Shown here one piece after another: positions 1 through 11,510 of a DNA stretch of 64,000 nucleotides (position 1 is its first letter; each line of letters begins with the position of its first letter). The notes under the pieces were generated by a model, which was given only the letters and a program-made list of their open reading frames with translations, ran no database searches and was not told the DNA's origin. Source of the DNA: Gemmatimonadota bacterium (lineage in GTDB: Bacteria > Gemmatimonadota > Gemmatimonadetes > Longimicrobiales > Gaopeijiaceae); assembly GCA_012267505.1 (NCBI GenBank), contig JAAXGI010000155.1, forward strand, positions 484 to 64,483, in the 5' to 3' direction. The translations under genes were made by a program, and so were the position numbers.

Positions 1-546
1 CGGATCGCCCTGGCGGAAACGTTCACGCGGATTCTGGTCTTTCCACGGGACGATCGCCTCCGCATCGCGGGCGCGGTTCATCATGACCACGATCTTGCCG
101 CGCTCGATCTGCTGGACCTCGCCCGAGAGGAGCTCCCCGACCCGGTGGGCGAACTCCTGACGGATCCGTTCGCGTTCCCCTTCCCGGATCCGGTGCACGA
201 TCCGCTGCTTGGTGGCCAGTACGGCGTTGCGGCCGAAGTCGGAGAAATCCACCGGGATCTCCATGACGTCGCCGACCTCGAATTCCGGATCGTCCCACCG
301 GGCACGCTCCAGGGAGATCTCCGCTGAGGCGTCCTCGACTTCCTCGACCACCCGCTTCAGGACGACGATCTCGATCTCACCGGCCAAGTCATCGACCTCG
401 ATCTCCGCGCGGACGTTGGGGCCGTAGATCCTGGCGAGGCCCGCGTGGATCGCGTCCCGCACCATGTCGTTCGTCTCGTCCGCCGAGAGGCTCTTGGCCG
501 CAGCCATGTCCCGGATGGCCGCGACGATACGTGCGGCGTCTGGCAT
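1..546 (-). CDS. nusA: Transcription termination/antitermination factor NusA, N-terminal part (3' end runs off the window)
   Basis: Hand translation from ATG 546 gives MPDAARIVAAIRDMAAAKSLSADETNDMVRDAIHAGLARIYG...FGRNAVLATKQRIVHRIREGERERI...GEVQQIERGKIVVMM, typical of the NusA N-terminal and S1 region. It lies directly downstream of rimP (conserved rimP-nusA operon). A purine-rich SD precedes the ATG. It is absent from the ORF track because there is no stop in the window. Confidence 0.85.
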   Translation of the reverse strand, partial: MPDAARIVAAIRDMAAAKSLSADETNDMVRDAIHAGLARIYGPNVRAEIEVDDLAGEIEIVVLKRVVEEVEDASAEISLERARWDDPEFEVGDVMEIPVDFSDFGRNAVLATKQRIVHRIREGERERIRQEFAHRVGELLSGEVQQIERGKIVVMMNRARDAEAIVPWKDQNPRERFRQGDP

Positions 547-563
547 ACTCTATCTCTCTCTCT

Positions 564-1067
564 TCACCCGCGCCCGTTCCAGTCGAACACGAGATTCGCT
601 CGCGCGATCTCGGCCCGCGGCACCGCAACTTTCGGCGCGCCGTCCGTCCGGATCACGACCCGGTAACCATCGCCGTCCTCCTCGATCCCCTCGAGCACGC
701 CGGTCAGCCGTCCCGAGAATCCCCCGCCGTCCGCTTCCCCCGCTCCCCGGAGTGCGACGTCGCGGCCGGCGAAGCGCTCGAAGTCCCGCTTCCGGAAGAG
801 CGGCCGCTCCACACCGGGCGAGGAGACTTCGAGCACGTAGCGCTCAGGGAACGCCGGCTCGCCGTCGAGCCATGCCTCGAGCGCCCGGCTCACGCTGGCA
901 CAATCATTGACGGTTACCCCGCTCCCGGGCACGGAGTCCGGAAGGTCGACGCGGACCCGGAGGACGGGCCGCCGCGGCGATCCGCTCCACTCGACCTCGA
1001 CGACCTCGAAGCCGAGCGCCTCGACCCGGGGCCCGATCCCCTCACCGATCCCGCGTACCGCCTCCAA
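564..1067 (-). CDS. rimP: Ribosome maturation factor RimP
   Basis: ORF 564..1160 contains VEALGFEVVEVEW and LEVSSPGVERPL, which are RimP signatures. The likely start is TTG 1067, preceded by GGAGG with an 8-nt spacer. The most upstream possible start is GTG 1160. Confidence 0.85.
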   Translation of the reverse strand: MEAVRGIGEGIGPRVEALGFEVVEVEWSGSPRRPVLRVRVDLPDSVPGSGVTVNDCASVSRALEAWLDGEPAFPERYVLEVSSPGVERPLFRKRDFERFAGRDVALRGAGEADGGGFSGRLTGVLEGIEEDGDGYRVVIRTDGAPKVAVPRAEIARANLVFDWNGRG

Positions 1068-1226
1068 TCCACAGACCTCCGGCGCTCTCCGAATCCCGCC
1101 GTTCCATGCCCGGAACCCGGACGCCGTGTAAAAAAAAGCGGGGGATACCCGCTCCCCCACTCACACACGAGCCGCCTTCCGGCCACTCTCCCTCGGAGAG
1201 CATGATAGCCGAATCGGTCGCCCGGC

Positions 1227-2543
1227 TCAAGCCCCGCGGTCGGGCGCTCGCACGGGCTCGCGCGGTTCCTCCCGCCGGATGCGCGCCCCGAGGGCCCGGA
1301 GCCGGGTGTCGATCGCCTGATAACCGCGTTCGATCTGGCCGATGTTCTGGATCAGGCTGGCGCCCTCCGCGGCCAGGGCGGCGATGAGGAGCGCCATACC
1401 CGCCCGGATGTCCGGACTCTCGAGCCGCTGCCCGCGGAGCGCTGAGGGTCCGACCACCACAGCGCGGTGGGGATCGCAGAGGATGATCTGCGCCCCCATC
1501 GCAACAAGCTTGTCGGTGAAGAACATCCGCGACTCGAACATCTTCTCGTGGACCACGATCGTCCCCGTACACTGGGTGGCGGTGACGAGAGCGATCGAGG
1601 TCAGATCCGGGGGGAAACCCGGCCAAGGTCCGTCGTCTATCCGCGGGATGTGGCCGAAGGCGTCCCGGCGGATCTGCCGGTCCCGGTCGCCTCGGACGAC
1701 GAGGTCGGGTCCGTCGAACTCCACCTCCACCCCGAGCTTCCCGAAGCCGAGGAGTGTGGAGTCGAGGTGCGCCCGGGGTGCGTCCTCGATCCTGAGCACG
1801 CTGCCGGTCGCGGCGGCGAGCCCCACGAACGACCCGACTTCAATATGGTCCGGCCCAAGCCGGAAGCGGGCACCCCGAAGCACCCCAACTCCCTCGATCC
1901 GGAGAATGTGGGTGCCGATCCCGGAGATCCGCGCCCCCATCCGGTTGAGCAGCCCACAGAGGTCCTGGACGTGGGGCTCGGTTGCGACGTTGCGGAGGAG
2001 CGTCGTCCCTCGTGCCGTGACGGCGGCCATGACCGCGTTCTCCGTCCCCGTGACCGACGGTTCGTCGAGGAAGATCCCGCGACCGGTGAGTTCTTCAGCC
2101 CGGATCTCGAGGACCCTCTCGGCGACGGAAATCTCTGCTCCGAGGGCACGGAAGGCGAGAAAGTGCGTGTCGAGCCTCCGGCGGCCGATCACGTCCCCCC
2201 CGGGAGGCGGTATCCTAACCCGGCCGAGACGGGCGAGGAGGGGTCCGGCCATGAGGATGGAGGCCCGGATCCGACCCGCGAGACCTGCATCGGGGGATCC
2301 GCTCCTGATCCGTGACGCCTCGATGCGGAGCGTCGTAGCGTCGAGCCACTCGACGGCCGCTCCTAGCCCGGCGGCGATCTCCACGAGTGTTTCGACATCG
2401 AGGATGCGCGGGACGTTCTCGAGCACCACCGGTTCTTCGGTGAGAAGGGCGGCAGAGATGCAGGGGAGTGCCGCATTCTTGTTTCCGGCAGGCCGGATCG
2501 AACCGGAGAGTGTGGACCCTCCCTCGACCACGAATGAAGCCAT
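1227..2543 (-). CDS. murA: UDP-N-acetylglucosamine 1-carboxyvinyltransferase
   Basis: 438-aa ORF starting at ATG 2543: [34 protein letters not shown], a full-length MurA/EPSP-fold sequence. Confidence 0.95.
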   Translation of the reverse strand: MASFVVEGGSTLSGSIRPAGNKNAALPCISAALLTEEPVVLENVPRILDVETLVEIAAGLGAAVEWLDATTLRIEASRIRSGSPDAGLAGRIRASILMAGPLLARLGRVRIPPPGGDVIGRRRLDTHFLAFRALGAEISVAERVLEIRAEELTGRGIFLDEPSVTGTENAVMAAVTARGTTLLRNVATEPHVQDLCGLLNRMGARISGIGTHILRIEGVGVLRGARFRLGPDHIEVGSFVGLAAATGSVLRIEDAPRAHLDSTLLGFGKLGVEVEFDGPDLVVRGDRDRQIRRDAFGHIPRIDDGPWPGFPPDLTSIALVTATQCTGTIVVHEKMFESRMFFTDKLVAMGAQIILCDPHRAVVVGPSALRGQRLESPDIRAGMALLIAALAAEGASLIQNIGQIERGYQAIDTRLRALGARIRREEPREPVRAPDRGA

Positions 2544-3264
2544 GAGCGTGCCCGGATGCGCAGATGGAGGGACCGATCGCCCCGGAGCGGGGCGGGCGGA
2601 AGTTACCGTGGGGCGCCGGGGGCTACAACTCGCCGGACGAGGTGGAACGTTTTGCCATGACTCCCCTACTCATCCACCCATGACCGCGCTGCTGATCCTG
2701 CAGGGGGCCCCGGCACCGGACACGGTGGCCGTTGCCCGGGACATGTATGACTTAGTCCTCGTCGTTGCGGCTGCATTTGTCGCGGCCGCCCTCGTCGCGG
2801 TCGTCGTCCTCCTCGCCCTCGTCCTCGCCGAGGTGAGGCGAACCGTCAGATCCCTTGAGGAGGCAGGGAACCGGATCCGGACGGACCCGGGGATGGAGAG
2901 CCTGCGGTCGGCCGCCGGACATCTGGAATCGATCTCCGGGCGCGTCCAGGATGAGACGGACAGGCTGGCGGGATCCGTCGCGGGCATCTCGGACCGGATC
3001 GCGCAGGCATCCACTGTCATCGGAGGGCGGATCGCGGATTTCGATGCCCTTCTTGCCGCCGTGCAGCGGGAGGTGGAGAGTGCGTTCGTCGGGGGTGCGG
3101 CCGCGGCGCGCGGCATCCACGCCGGCCTCGACAACTTGGGCGGCAAGCGCCAGCGGGACCGGGACGGTCACCGGCCGGAAGCCGGCGTCAACGATGGCGG
3201 GGCCAGCGGTTCGGAGGGAGACACCGGGGTGCCGGAGGATGGTGCGGGAGCACCAGGCGCGGGT

Positions 3265-4730
<1,466 letters not shown>

Positions 4731-4734
<4 letters not shown>

Positions 4735-6167
4735 GCAGCCCCTCCCGGCAGTCCCCGCCGACCGGCCGGACACCCGGTCCCGCCGAGCAGCACCTCGAGT
4801 CCCCTTGCGGCACGGAGCATCGTACACTCGTCCCACCGGCGGGCGAGGAACTGGCCGCCGACGGGAAGGCCGTCCACGGTTCCGATGGGAAGCGAGATCC
4901 CTGGGATCCCGGCCAGGTTCGCCGTGACCGTGTAGATGTCAGAGAGGTACATCGAGACAGGATCGACTGTGCGTTCGCCGATCTGAAAGGCGGGCGTCGG
5001 CGAGGTGGGCGTGAAGAGGACGTCGACCCCCTCCTCCCAGACCCGCTCGAAGTCGCTGGCGATCCGCGCGCGCGCCCGCTGCGCCCGCCCGTAGTAAGCG
5101 TCGTAGTAGCCCGCCGAGAGCACGAAGGTCCCGAGGATGATCCTCCGCACGACCTCGGCGCCGAACCCCCCCGTGCGAGAGAGCTCGTAGACCTCGTTGG
5201 CCGACCCCGCATCCGAAGCACGAAGTCCATACCGAACTCCGTCATAGCGCGCCAGGTTCGAGGAGGCCTCGGCTGGCGCGAGGATGTAGTATGTCGGCAC
5301 AGCGTGCTCGGTGTGGGGAAGCGATACGTCGATGACCACCGCCCCGGCCTCCCGAAGGCGTGAGAGAGCACGCTCGCAGAGCCGTCGCACCGCAGGGTCC
5401 AGCGCGTCGGCGAAGTACTCGGCCGGGACCCCGACCCTGAGGCCCTCGACATCGCGTGCGATTCCTCGGAGGAGGTCGGGAACGGCCCGGCGCGACGAGG
5501 TCGCGTCCCTCGGATCATGGCCCGCGATGACACTAAGCAGGAGCGCCGCCTCCTCGACTGTGGCGCCGAAGGCCCCGACCTGGTCAAGCGAGGAAGCAAA
5601 TGCCACGAGCCCGTAGCGGCTCACCCGTCCGTAGGTGGGCTTGATCCCCACAACCCCGCAGAAGGAGGCGGGCTGCCGGACCGATCCGCCGGTGTCGGAA
5701 CCGAGCGCACACCGGACGATCCCGGCGGCGACGGCGGCCGCCGAACCCCCGGAGCTGCCCCCTGGCACGCGGGATGGGTCGTGGGGGTTTCGGGTTACGC
5801 CGTAGGCCGAGTTCTCCGTGGAGGAGCCCATGGCGAACTCGTCCATATTCGTCTTCCCAAGCACGATCCCGCCGGCCCGGCGGAGACGGGTCACGGCGGT
5901 GGCCTCGAAGGGCGAGACGTACCCTTCGAGGATCCGAGACGCGCACGACGTGGTCTGCCCGAGGGTGCAGAGATTGTCCTTGACCGCAACCGGGACCCCG
6001 GCGAGCGGCCCCTCGGAGGATATCGCCTCCTCGGGGCTCAGGGTCAGGAACGCATTGAGGTCCGCCTGCTCGGCGGCCCGACGGAGGGCCCGACGGAGGA
6101 AGTGGTCCGGAGCCACCGCCCCGGAAACCACCGCCCCGGCGATCTCAAAGGCCGTATGACTACCCAT
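4731..6167 (-). CDS. gatA: Glu-tRNA(Gln) amidotransferase subunit A
   Basis: Amidase signature [14 protein letters not shown] at full length. ATG 6167 overlaps the gatC TGA by 1 nt. A TTG at 6170 is also possible. Confidence 0.95.
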
Positions 6168-6526
6168 CAACCCGGGTCCCGCGCCGGAGAGCGGGTGGCC
6201 TCAAGCGCGGGAAGACGGGGGACCACAATAAAACCATCCCGCCAGTTGGGGGCCAGCGCCTGCACGGCATCCGGGCCGACGGCGTCCGGTCGCGTGCCTA
6301 GGTCCCGTGACCTAGGCCGGCTATGCAACGCGGCCTCCTGCGGATCGAGCCCGGAAAGATCCAGACGCTCCAGCGCCCGGACGTGCTCAAGGATCAGGTT
6401 GAGTTCGACGGTGAGCCGCTCGAACGCAGCTTCCCGGGGCCGTAGCCGGGCAAGCGCCGCGATGGCCCGCACATCGTCCTCCGTGACCCCGGTCCGGCAC
6501 TTTCCATCGGTTTCGCTCACCGTCAC
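6167..6526 (-). CDS. gatC: Asp/Glu-tRNA amidotransferase subunit C
   Basis: VTEDDVRAIAALARL...ELNLILEHVRALERLD is GatC-like, and it sits in gatCAB order with overlapping junctions. Start is GTG 6526 or 6520. Confidence 0.85.
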   Translation of the reverse strand: MTVSETDGKCRTGVTEDDVRAIAALARLRPREAAFERLTVELNLILEHVRALERLDLSGLDPQEAALHSRPRSRDLGTRPDAVGPDAVQALAPNWRDGFIVVPRLPALEATRSPARDPG

Positions 6527-6541
6527 CAGCTCCAGGTTCGC

Positions 6542-8860
6542 CTACGACACGTCACGCTCTAGTCGGGCAATCCGCGCCACTAGCTTCCTTTGCCCGACCG
6601 AGTCGAAGTCGACCATGACGCGAACATCCCGCCCGTATCCGGACACCCCCAACACCGTCCCCGACCCGAAGGTCCGGTGCAGAACCCGCTCGCCTTTCGT
6701 GAGAGGAGCCAGATCTTGGTTCATCTCCTCCTCCCCGACCGGGGCGGCACGATCCCGCTGGCGCGTATCGCCGGCTCGACCTCCCCTACGGGCAGGCCAG
6801 CCGGAGCTTCCCCGGCGGCGGCCGCCACTTCCCCAGCCCGAATGCCGCCGGCCCGGATCGGGGATCGAATCGCCGCGCGTCAGTCGGGCCGGGATTGCCC
6901 TGACGAAGCGCGAGCACCGGCCGACCATGCGCCTTCCCGCCCGCATTCGGCTGCCGGCCCAGCTGAGCGAGAGGCGGTGCTCCGCGCGGGTGATACCGAC
7001 GTAGAACAGGCGTCTTTCCTCCTCCAGAGAATCCCGGTCGTCTAGCGACCGCGACAGCGGAAAGAGCCCGTCCTCAAGCCCGGTCATGAACACGCACGGG
7101 AACTCGAGCCCCTTCGCGTTGTGAACGGTCATCAGCGTCACGAGATCCGCATCGGGATCGTGGCGGTCGAGCTCGGAAAAGAGGGCCGCTTGCTGGAGGA
7201 AGAGGTCGAGCTCGGTCAGGTGGTCCGCCGTCAGGCCCTCCCGCTCGTCACCTCCGTCCCGGTCGCGGGCGTCGAACTGCGTTGCGCCCGAAACCAGCTC
7301 GTTCACATTGTTCGCCCGGTCCATTCCTTCCGGACCATCGCTCCTGAGCAGTGCGAGGAGATCTAGCTCGCCGACGAGCTCCCGGATCAGTACGCCGACG
7401 CCAACTTCGCAGGCGCGTTCGGAGTAGCGCGCGACCAGGGCAGTGAAACGCCGGAGGCCGCGGGCGGCGGATGCGGAGATCCTGCCTGCGGGTCCGGCGC
7501 GGACTGCAGCTTCGAGCAGCCCCAGGTTCTCCTCCTCCGCCTGCCGGCCAAGCCACTCCAGCGTCCGCGCCCCGACGCCCCGCCGAGGGTAATTCACGGC
7601 TCTCCGGAAGGCTGAATCGTCTCTCGGATTCGAGAGGAGCCGGAGGTAGGCGAGTACGTCCTTGATCTCCCGCCGTTCGTAGAATCGCAGGCCACCTGCG
7701 ATGTGGTAGGGAATGCTCAGGTCCCGAAGTGCGTCCTCGAGCACCCGGGACTGCGCGTTCGTCCGGTAGAGCACGGCGATGTCACGGTAGTGGTGGACTT
7801 TCCGGCTCCCGATGAGCCCCGCCACCCGCTGGGCGACCCAGCCCGCCTCCCCGGCTTCGGTCCTGAATTCTCTGATGTCGATCGGCCACCCGTCGGGCCT
7901 TCTGGTCCTGAGTGTCTTTTCCTTCCGGTCGCGGTTCAGGCGGATGGCGGCGTTGGCTGCACCCAAGATCGTCGGCGTGGACCGGTAGTTCTCCTCAAGC
8001 CGCACAACCCGGGTCTCGGGATACGTCTTCTCAAAATCCAGGATGTTGCGGATGTCCGCCCCCCGCCACCCATAGATCGACTGGTCGTCGTCGCCGACCA
8101 CCATGAGGTTCCGATGCGCCGCCGCGACCAGCTCCAGGAAGCGGAACTGCGCCCGATTCGTGTCCTGGTACTCATCGACCAAGAGGAACTCGAAGCGCCG
8201 CTGGTATAGACCGAGCGTGTCCGGGTCGCGCTCGAACAGCTCGACCGGCTTCATCAGGAGATCGTCGAAGTCGAAGGCGTCTTGCCGCTGGAGCGACCGC
8301 TGGTAGGCCGGGTAGATGTCGATGACCGTCCTGTGCACGAGATCGAACCTCCCCCGATGCGCCTGCCGGAAGCCGGACGGGCTGATCAGCCTGTTCTTGG
8401 CATCGCTCATGACCCGGCGCACCGTGCTGGGACCGCAGAGCTTCGTGTCGACGTCCCGGGCCTTCATGACCCGCTTCACCTCACGGAGGTTGTCATCCGC
8501 ATCGAGGATCGTGAACCTCGACGAGCGCCCAAATTGCTCTGCGTGACGCCTCAGGATGCGCGCGCCGATCGAGTGGAAGGTGCCGATCCACGCCCCGAAG
8601 GGATCGTGGCCGAGCAACGTCCGAATCCGCTCCCGCATCTCGCCCGCCGCCTTGTTCGTGAAGGTGGCAGCGAGAATCCGATCGGGCAGGACGCCGTGCA
8701 CCTTGATCAGGTGCGCCACGCGCATCGTCAGGACCCGGGTCTTGCCGGACCCGGCGCCCGCGAGCACGAGAAGGGGGCCGCGCATATGCTCGACCGCGAA
8801 CCGTTGTTCCGGGTTCAGGGAATGCGCCGTGCCGCGGGGAGGCGGAGGCTCGTCAGGCAT
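6542..8860 (-). CDS. uvrD: ATP-dependent DNA helicase, UvrD/PcrA/Rep (SF1A) family
   Basis: 772 aa from ATG 8860. Walker A is LVLAGAGSGKTRVLT. Also present are VDEYQDTN, the later helicase motifs, and a C-terminal GERVLHRTFGSGTV Tudor-like tail. Confidence 0.93.
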   Translation of the reverse strand: MPDEPPPPRGTAHSLNPEQRFAVEHMRGPLLVLAGAGSGKTRVLTMRVAHLIKVHGVLPDRILAATFTNKAAGEMRERIRTLLGHDPFGAWIGTFHSIGARILRRHAEQFGRSSRFTILDADDNLREVKRVMKARDVDTKLCGPSTVRRVMSDAKNRLISPSGFRQAHRGRFDLVHRTVIDIYPAYQRSLQRQDAFDFDDLLMKPVELFERDPDTLGLYQRRFEFLLVDEYQDTNRAQFRFLELVAAAHRNLMVVGDDDQSIYGWRGADIRNILDFEKTYPETRVVRLEENYRSTPTILGAANAAIRLNRDRKEKTLRTRRPDGWPIDIREFRTEAGEAGWVAQRVAGLIGSRKVHHYRDIAVLYRTNAQSRVLEDALRDLSIPYHIAGGLRFYERREIKDVLAYLRLLSNPRDDSAFRRAVNYPRRGVGARTLEWLGRQAEEENLGLLEAAVRAGPAGRISASAARGLRRFTALVARYSERACEVGVGVLIRELVGELDLLALLRSDGPEGMDRANNVNELVSGATQFDARDRDGGDEREGLTADHLTELDLFLQQAALFSELDRHDPDADLVTLMTVHNAKGLEFPCVFMTGLEDGLFPLSRSLDDRDSLEEERRLFYVGITRAEHRLSLSWAGSRMRAGRRMVGRCSRFVRAIPARLTRGDSIPDPGRRHSGWGSGGRRRGSSGWPARRGGRAGDTRQRDRAAPVGEEEMNQDLAPLTKGERVLHRTFGSGTVLGVSGYGRDVRVMVDFDSVGQRKLVARIARLERDVS

Positions 8861-8992
8861 GTCCGGAAGTCATTCGCAGGTTCTCCGGCGAACCGCCCGG
8901 GCGCGCCCGTGAAACTGGGCCGCGAGGCCGGCCGCATCTGTCCTGACCGAGTCCCGGACCTCACACCCGTGTCGAGAAGGCTTCAAGAAACA

Positions 8993-9577
8993 CTACCTCC
9001 GGCCGGGATGGGGATCGCGACGACAATGGACATCGACGAATCTCCGACGCCCGTGGGGGTACTGACGGCCCGCCCTGTTGCGTGTGGCGGCTCGCGCAGT
9101 CGCGTGCCCGCGCCGACCGTCCCGGCTGGAGCTTAGCCACGACCCGCGACCGGAGGAAGATCGGGCCGCCGGGACGGGCAAGTCCGCAGGCATGGCGCGC
9201 CGGTAGAACACGCCGCGCATCGGAACGATCGTTCGCACTAGAGAGGGGAACGAGGAGGCATCTGCCCCGGCCCGCCCATCCCGCGGGGCCATCGAATCCG
9301 TCTGGAAGCCCGCCTTGCGCCCCGCCGGTACCGGTTCACGACCCTGACTGGCGGCCGCGCCGGCATCCTCGACGCCCGGGATGCCGTGGAGGACCGCGAG
9401 ACGCGCCGGTGGGCAGCCCGGCTGTAGTTCCGCAGCACGTCCGGTCCTTAATCGGACGATCGAATCGAGCCGCTCGGCACGCCCGTCCAGGTCCGGTGCT
9501 GTGTCCCCCGGCACCGGTCTCGAGAAGTCCGGGTCATCGGCGGCCACGGCACCCGGTGCAACAGGGGCACGTCGCAC
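8993..9577 (-). CDS. Possible hypothetical protein (weak; may be non-coding or a decayed gene)
   Basis: This is the only sizeable ORF in an otherwise empty 880-bp gap. It has a GTG start. The first half has fairly high GC3, but the C-terminal half is Arg/Ser/Gly-rich and looks like out-of-frame sequence. I recognise no family. Confidence 0.2.
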   Translation of the reverse strand: MRRAPVAPGAVAADDPDFSRPVPGDTAPDLDGRAERLDSIVRLRTGRAAELQPGCPPARLAVLHGIPGVEDAGAAASQGREPVPAGRKAGFQTDSMAPRDGRAGADASSFPSLVRTIVPMRGVFYRRAMPADLPVPAARSSSGRGSWLSSSRDGRRGHATARAATRNRAGRQYPHGRRRFVDVHCRRDPHPGRR

Positions 9578-9742
9578 GGCACGCTCGATTGCGGTACCCT
9601 ACCGAGTGCGGAGCCGTCCGCATGGTTCGGAGAGCCGCACCGGGCGGGTGCTCCGCTTCGGACGAACCCGCCGGACTGAGCCGACGGCGGGCCTGACGGA
9701 GACTCGACGACGCGGCCCCGCGCGCCAAGCGGCCGAGCGCCC

Positions 9743-11044
9743 ATGTCGAGTGGCGGGATGGCCGCGTACCGCAAGATAGGGGAACCAGCCCAACCGATGC
9801 CCCGCAACCACCCCGATCTCCACGGCTGGCAGACGCCGACCCTCGTGATGACCGCAGCGTGCGCGATCGCGATGCTCGGCTTCGGCGCGCGGTCGGTTTT
9901 CGGGCTGTTCCTAGAGCCGATGACAACGGCGCACGGGTGGGGACGCGAGACATTCGCACTGGCGCTCGCGATACAGAACCTCGCTTGGGGCGTCGCCCTC
10001 CCGTTCGCCGGCGCGCTCAGCGACCGGTTCGGCCCGCCCCGGGTGCTTGCGCTCGGCGCGCTGGTCTACTCTGCGGGCATCTGCGGGATGACGGCAGCCG
10101 AGAGCGCCGGCGCGCTGCACTTGACAGCGGGTATCTTGGTGGGAGTTGGGGTGGCATTCACGGCGTTCTCGATCGCGCTCGCCGCGATGGCCAAGGTTGT
10201 CGGCCCCGAGCGACGCTCCCTGGCGCTGGGTCTCGGGACGGCGGCCGGATCCTCCGGGCAGGTGATCTTCTCACCGCTGGGCCAGGCGTTCATATCTGCC
10301 TACGGGTGGCAGGCAGCGCTCCTGTTCCTAGCCGGGTCGGCATTCCTGATCGCGCCTCTGGCGTTTGTGCTGCCCGGCTCACCGGAGGTCCGCAGCGAGG
10401 CTACAGGACCCGACCAGTCGCTCCCGGCGGCCCTGCGCGAGGCGTTCGGCCACCGCGGGTACGCCTTGGTGACCACGGGCTTCTTCGTGTGCGGCTTCCA
10501 CGTCGCCTTCATTACGGTCCACTTCCCGGCCTACGTTCGCGACGTCGGGCTCCCCGCCTCAGTCGGGGCGGGAGCGATCGCCGTCATCGGCCTGTTCAAC
10601 ATCCTCGGCTCGTTCGCCTCCGGGGCCGCTGGCCAGCGCTGGAGCAAAAAGTGCGGCCTGAGCGCGATCTACGCAGCGCGCGCGTTGGCCATCACCACGC
10701 TGATGGTCCTGCCAAAGACCGCAGTCGTCATCTACATGTTCGCCGCCGTCATCGGCGTGCTCTGGCTGTCGACGGTACCACTCACGACGGGGATCGTCGG
10801 CCAGATCTTCGGGGTGCGCTATCTGGCCACGCTCTTCGGCGTCGTCTTCCTCAGCCACCAGCTCGGCAGCTTTCTCGGCGTCTGGCTGGGCGGGTGGCTC
10901 TTCGACACCACCGGGTCCTACGACGGCGTTTGGTGGGCGGGCGTCGCCCTAGGACTCGCCGCCGCCGCGATTCACCTGCCGATCGACGAACGGCCGATCG
11001 CGCGCCAGGCGTCCGTCGCTTCCGCCGGGTCCGGAGCATATTGA
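9743..11044 (+). CDS. MFS transporter
   Basis: 433 aa with about 12 predicted hydrophobic helices and the MFS loop motif GALSDRFGPPRVL between TM2 and TM3. Confidence 0.9.
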   Translation: MSSGGMAAYRKIGEPAQPMPRNHPDLHGWQTPTLVMTAACAIAMLGFGARSVFGLFLEPMTTAHGWGRETFALALAIQNLAWGVALPFAGALSDRFGPPRVLALGALVYSAGICGMTAAESAGALHLTAGILVGVGVAFTAFSIALAAMAKVVGPERRSLALGLGTAAGSSGQVIFSPLGQAFISAYGWQAALLFLAGSAFLIAPLAFVLPGSPEVRSEATGPDQSLPAALREAFGHRGYALVTTGFFVCGFHVAFITVHFPAYVRDVGLPASVGAGAIAVIGLFNILGSFASGAAGQRWSKKCGLSAIYAARALAITTLMVLPKTAVVIYMFAAVIGVLWLSTVPLTTGIVGQIFGVRYLATLFGVVFLSHQLGSFLGVWLGGWLFDTTGSYDGVWWAGVALGLAAAAIHLPIDERPIARQASVASAGSGAY

Positions 11045-11341
11045 CCGGGGTCCCCGGGCGGGCGCTGTCCATCGCACTAGCTAGGGCTGCACACTGCGGA
11101 ATCCACGCCCGTCAAGGGTATTAGGGATAGTCTCTCCAACAACTTACACCTGATCCATGCAGCGGTAGTCGTCACGATCCCCACGCGCGGAAGTTTGCGG
11201 GAGCGGCTTGGGGTTGGCTGTACGCCTCCCCAGCTGCCCGGCACTAGGCATGTACCCGAAACGTCGGTTCGGTCGCGGACGTTCCGGCTCACGCTGGGTT
11301 ACTGGGACCTCAACAACCCTATCTGAATCCGAGAGGACCAT

Positions 11342-11491
11342 ATGCTGTCGAGGGCGAGCGGGCCCGACGAACTCGCCGGAGAGGCGCGGGCGCTCCGCGG
11401 GACGTATGTGCTCGTGGTATCGAGCCCCGACCCGGACGGAGCCGGGATTTCCGGATCCGGCTGGGGATATCGCTGCAGGAGGACCGAGTAG
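11342..11491 (+). CDS. Small 49-aa ORF (possible gene remnant)
   Basis: ATG 11342 is preceded by GAGAGGA with a 4-nt spacer, and GC3 is high (most third positions G/C). Sequence: MLSRASGPDELAGEARALRGTYVLVVSSPDPDGAGISGSGWGYRCRRTE. It is below the 60-aa cutoff of the track and ends 20 nt before the convergent serS stop. Confidence 0.3.
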   Translation: MLSRASGPDELAGEARALRGTYVLVVSSPDPDGAGISGSGWGYRCRRTE

Positions 11492-11510
11492 GAGAGGCTG
11501 GACGAGCTTC

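Noticed and set aside
9590-9742. Guanidine-I (ykkC)-like riboswitch upstream of the MFS transporter. UGGUUCGGAGAG and CACCGGGCGGG loosely resemble GGUCCGAGAG and ACGGCGGGA.
   Set aside because: The 5' CUAGGGUUCCG element and the AAAAGCCCGGGAGA terminal hairpin are missing, and the matches are short in a GC-rich background. I treat this as generic GC hairpins unless a covariance model says otherwise.
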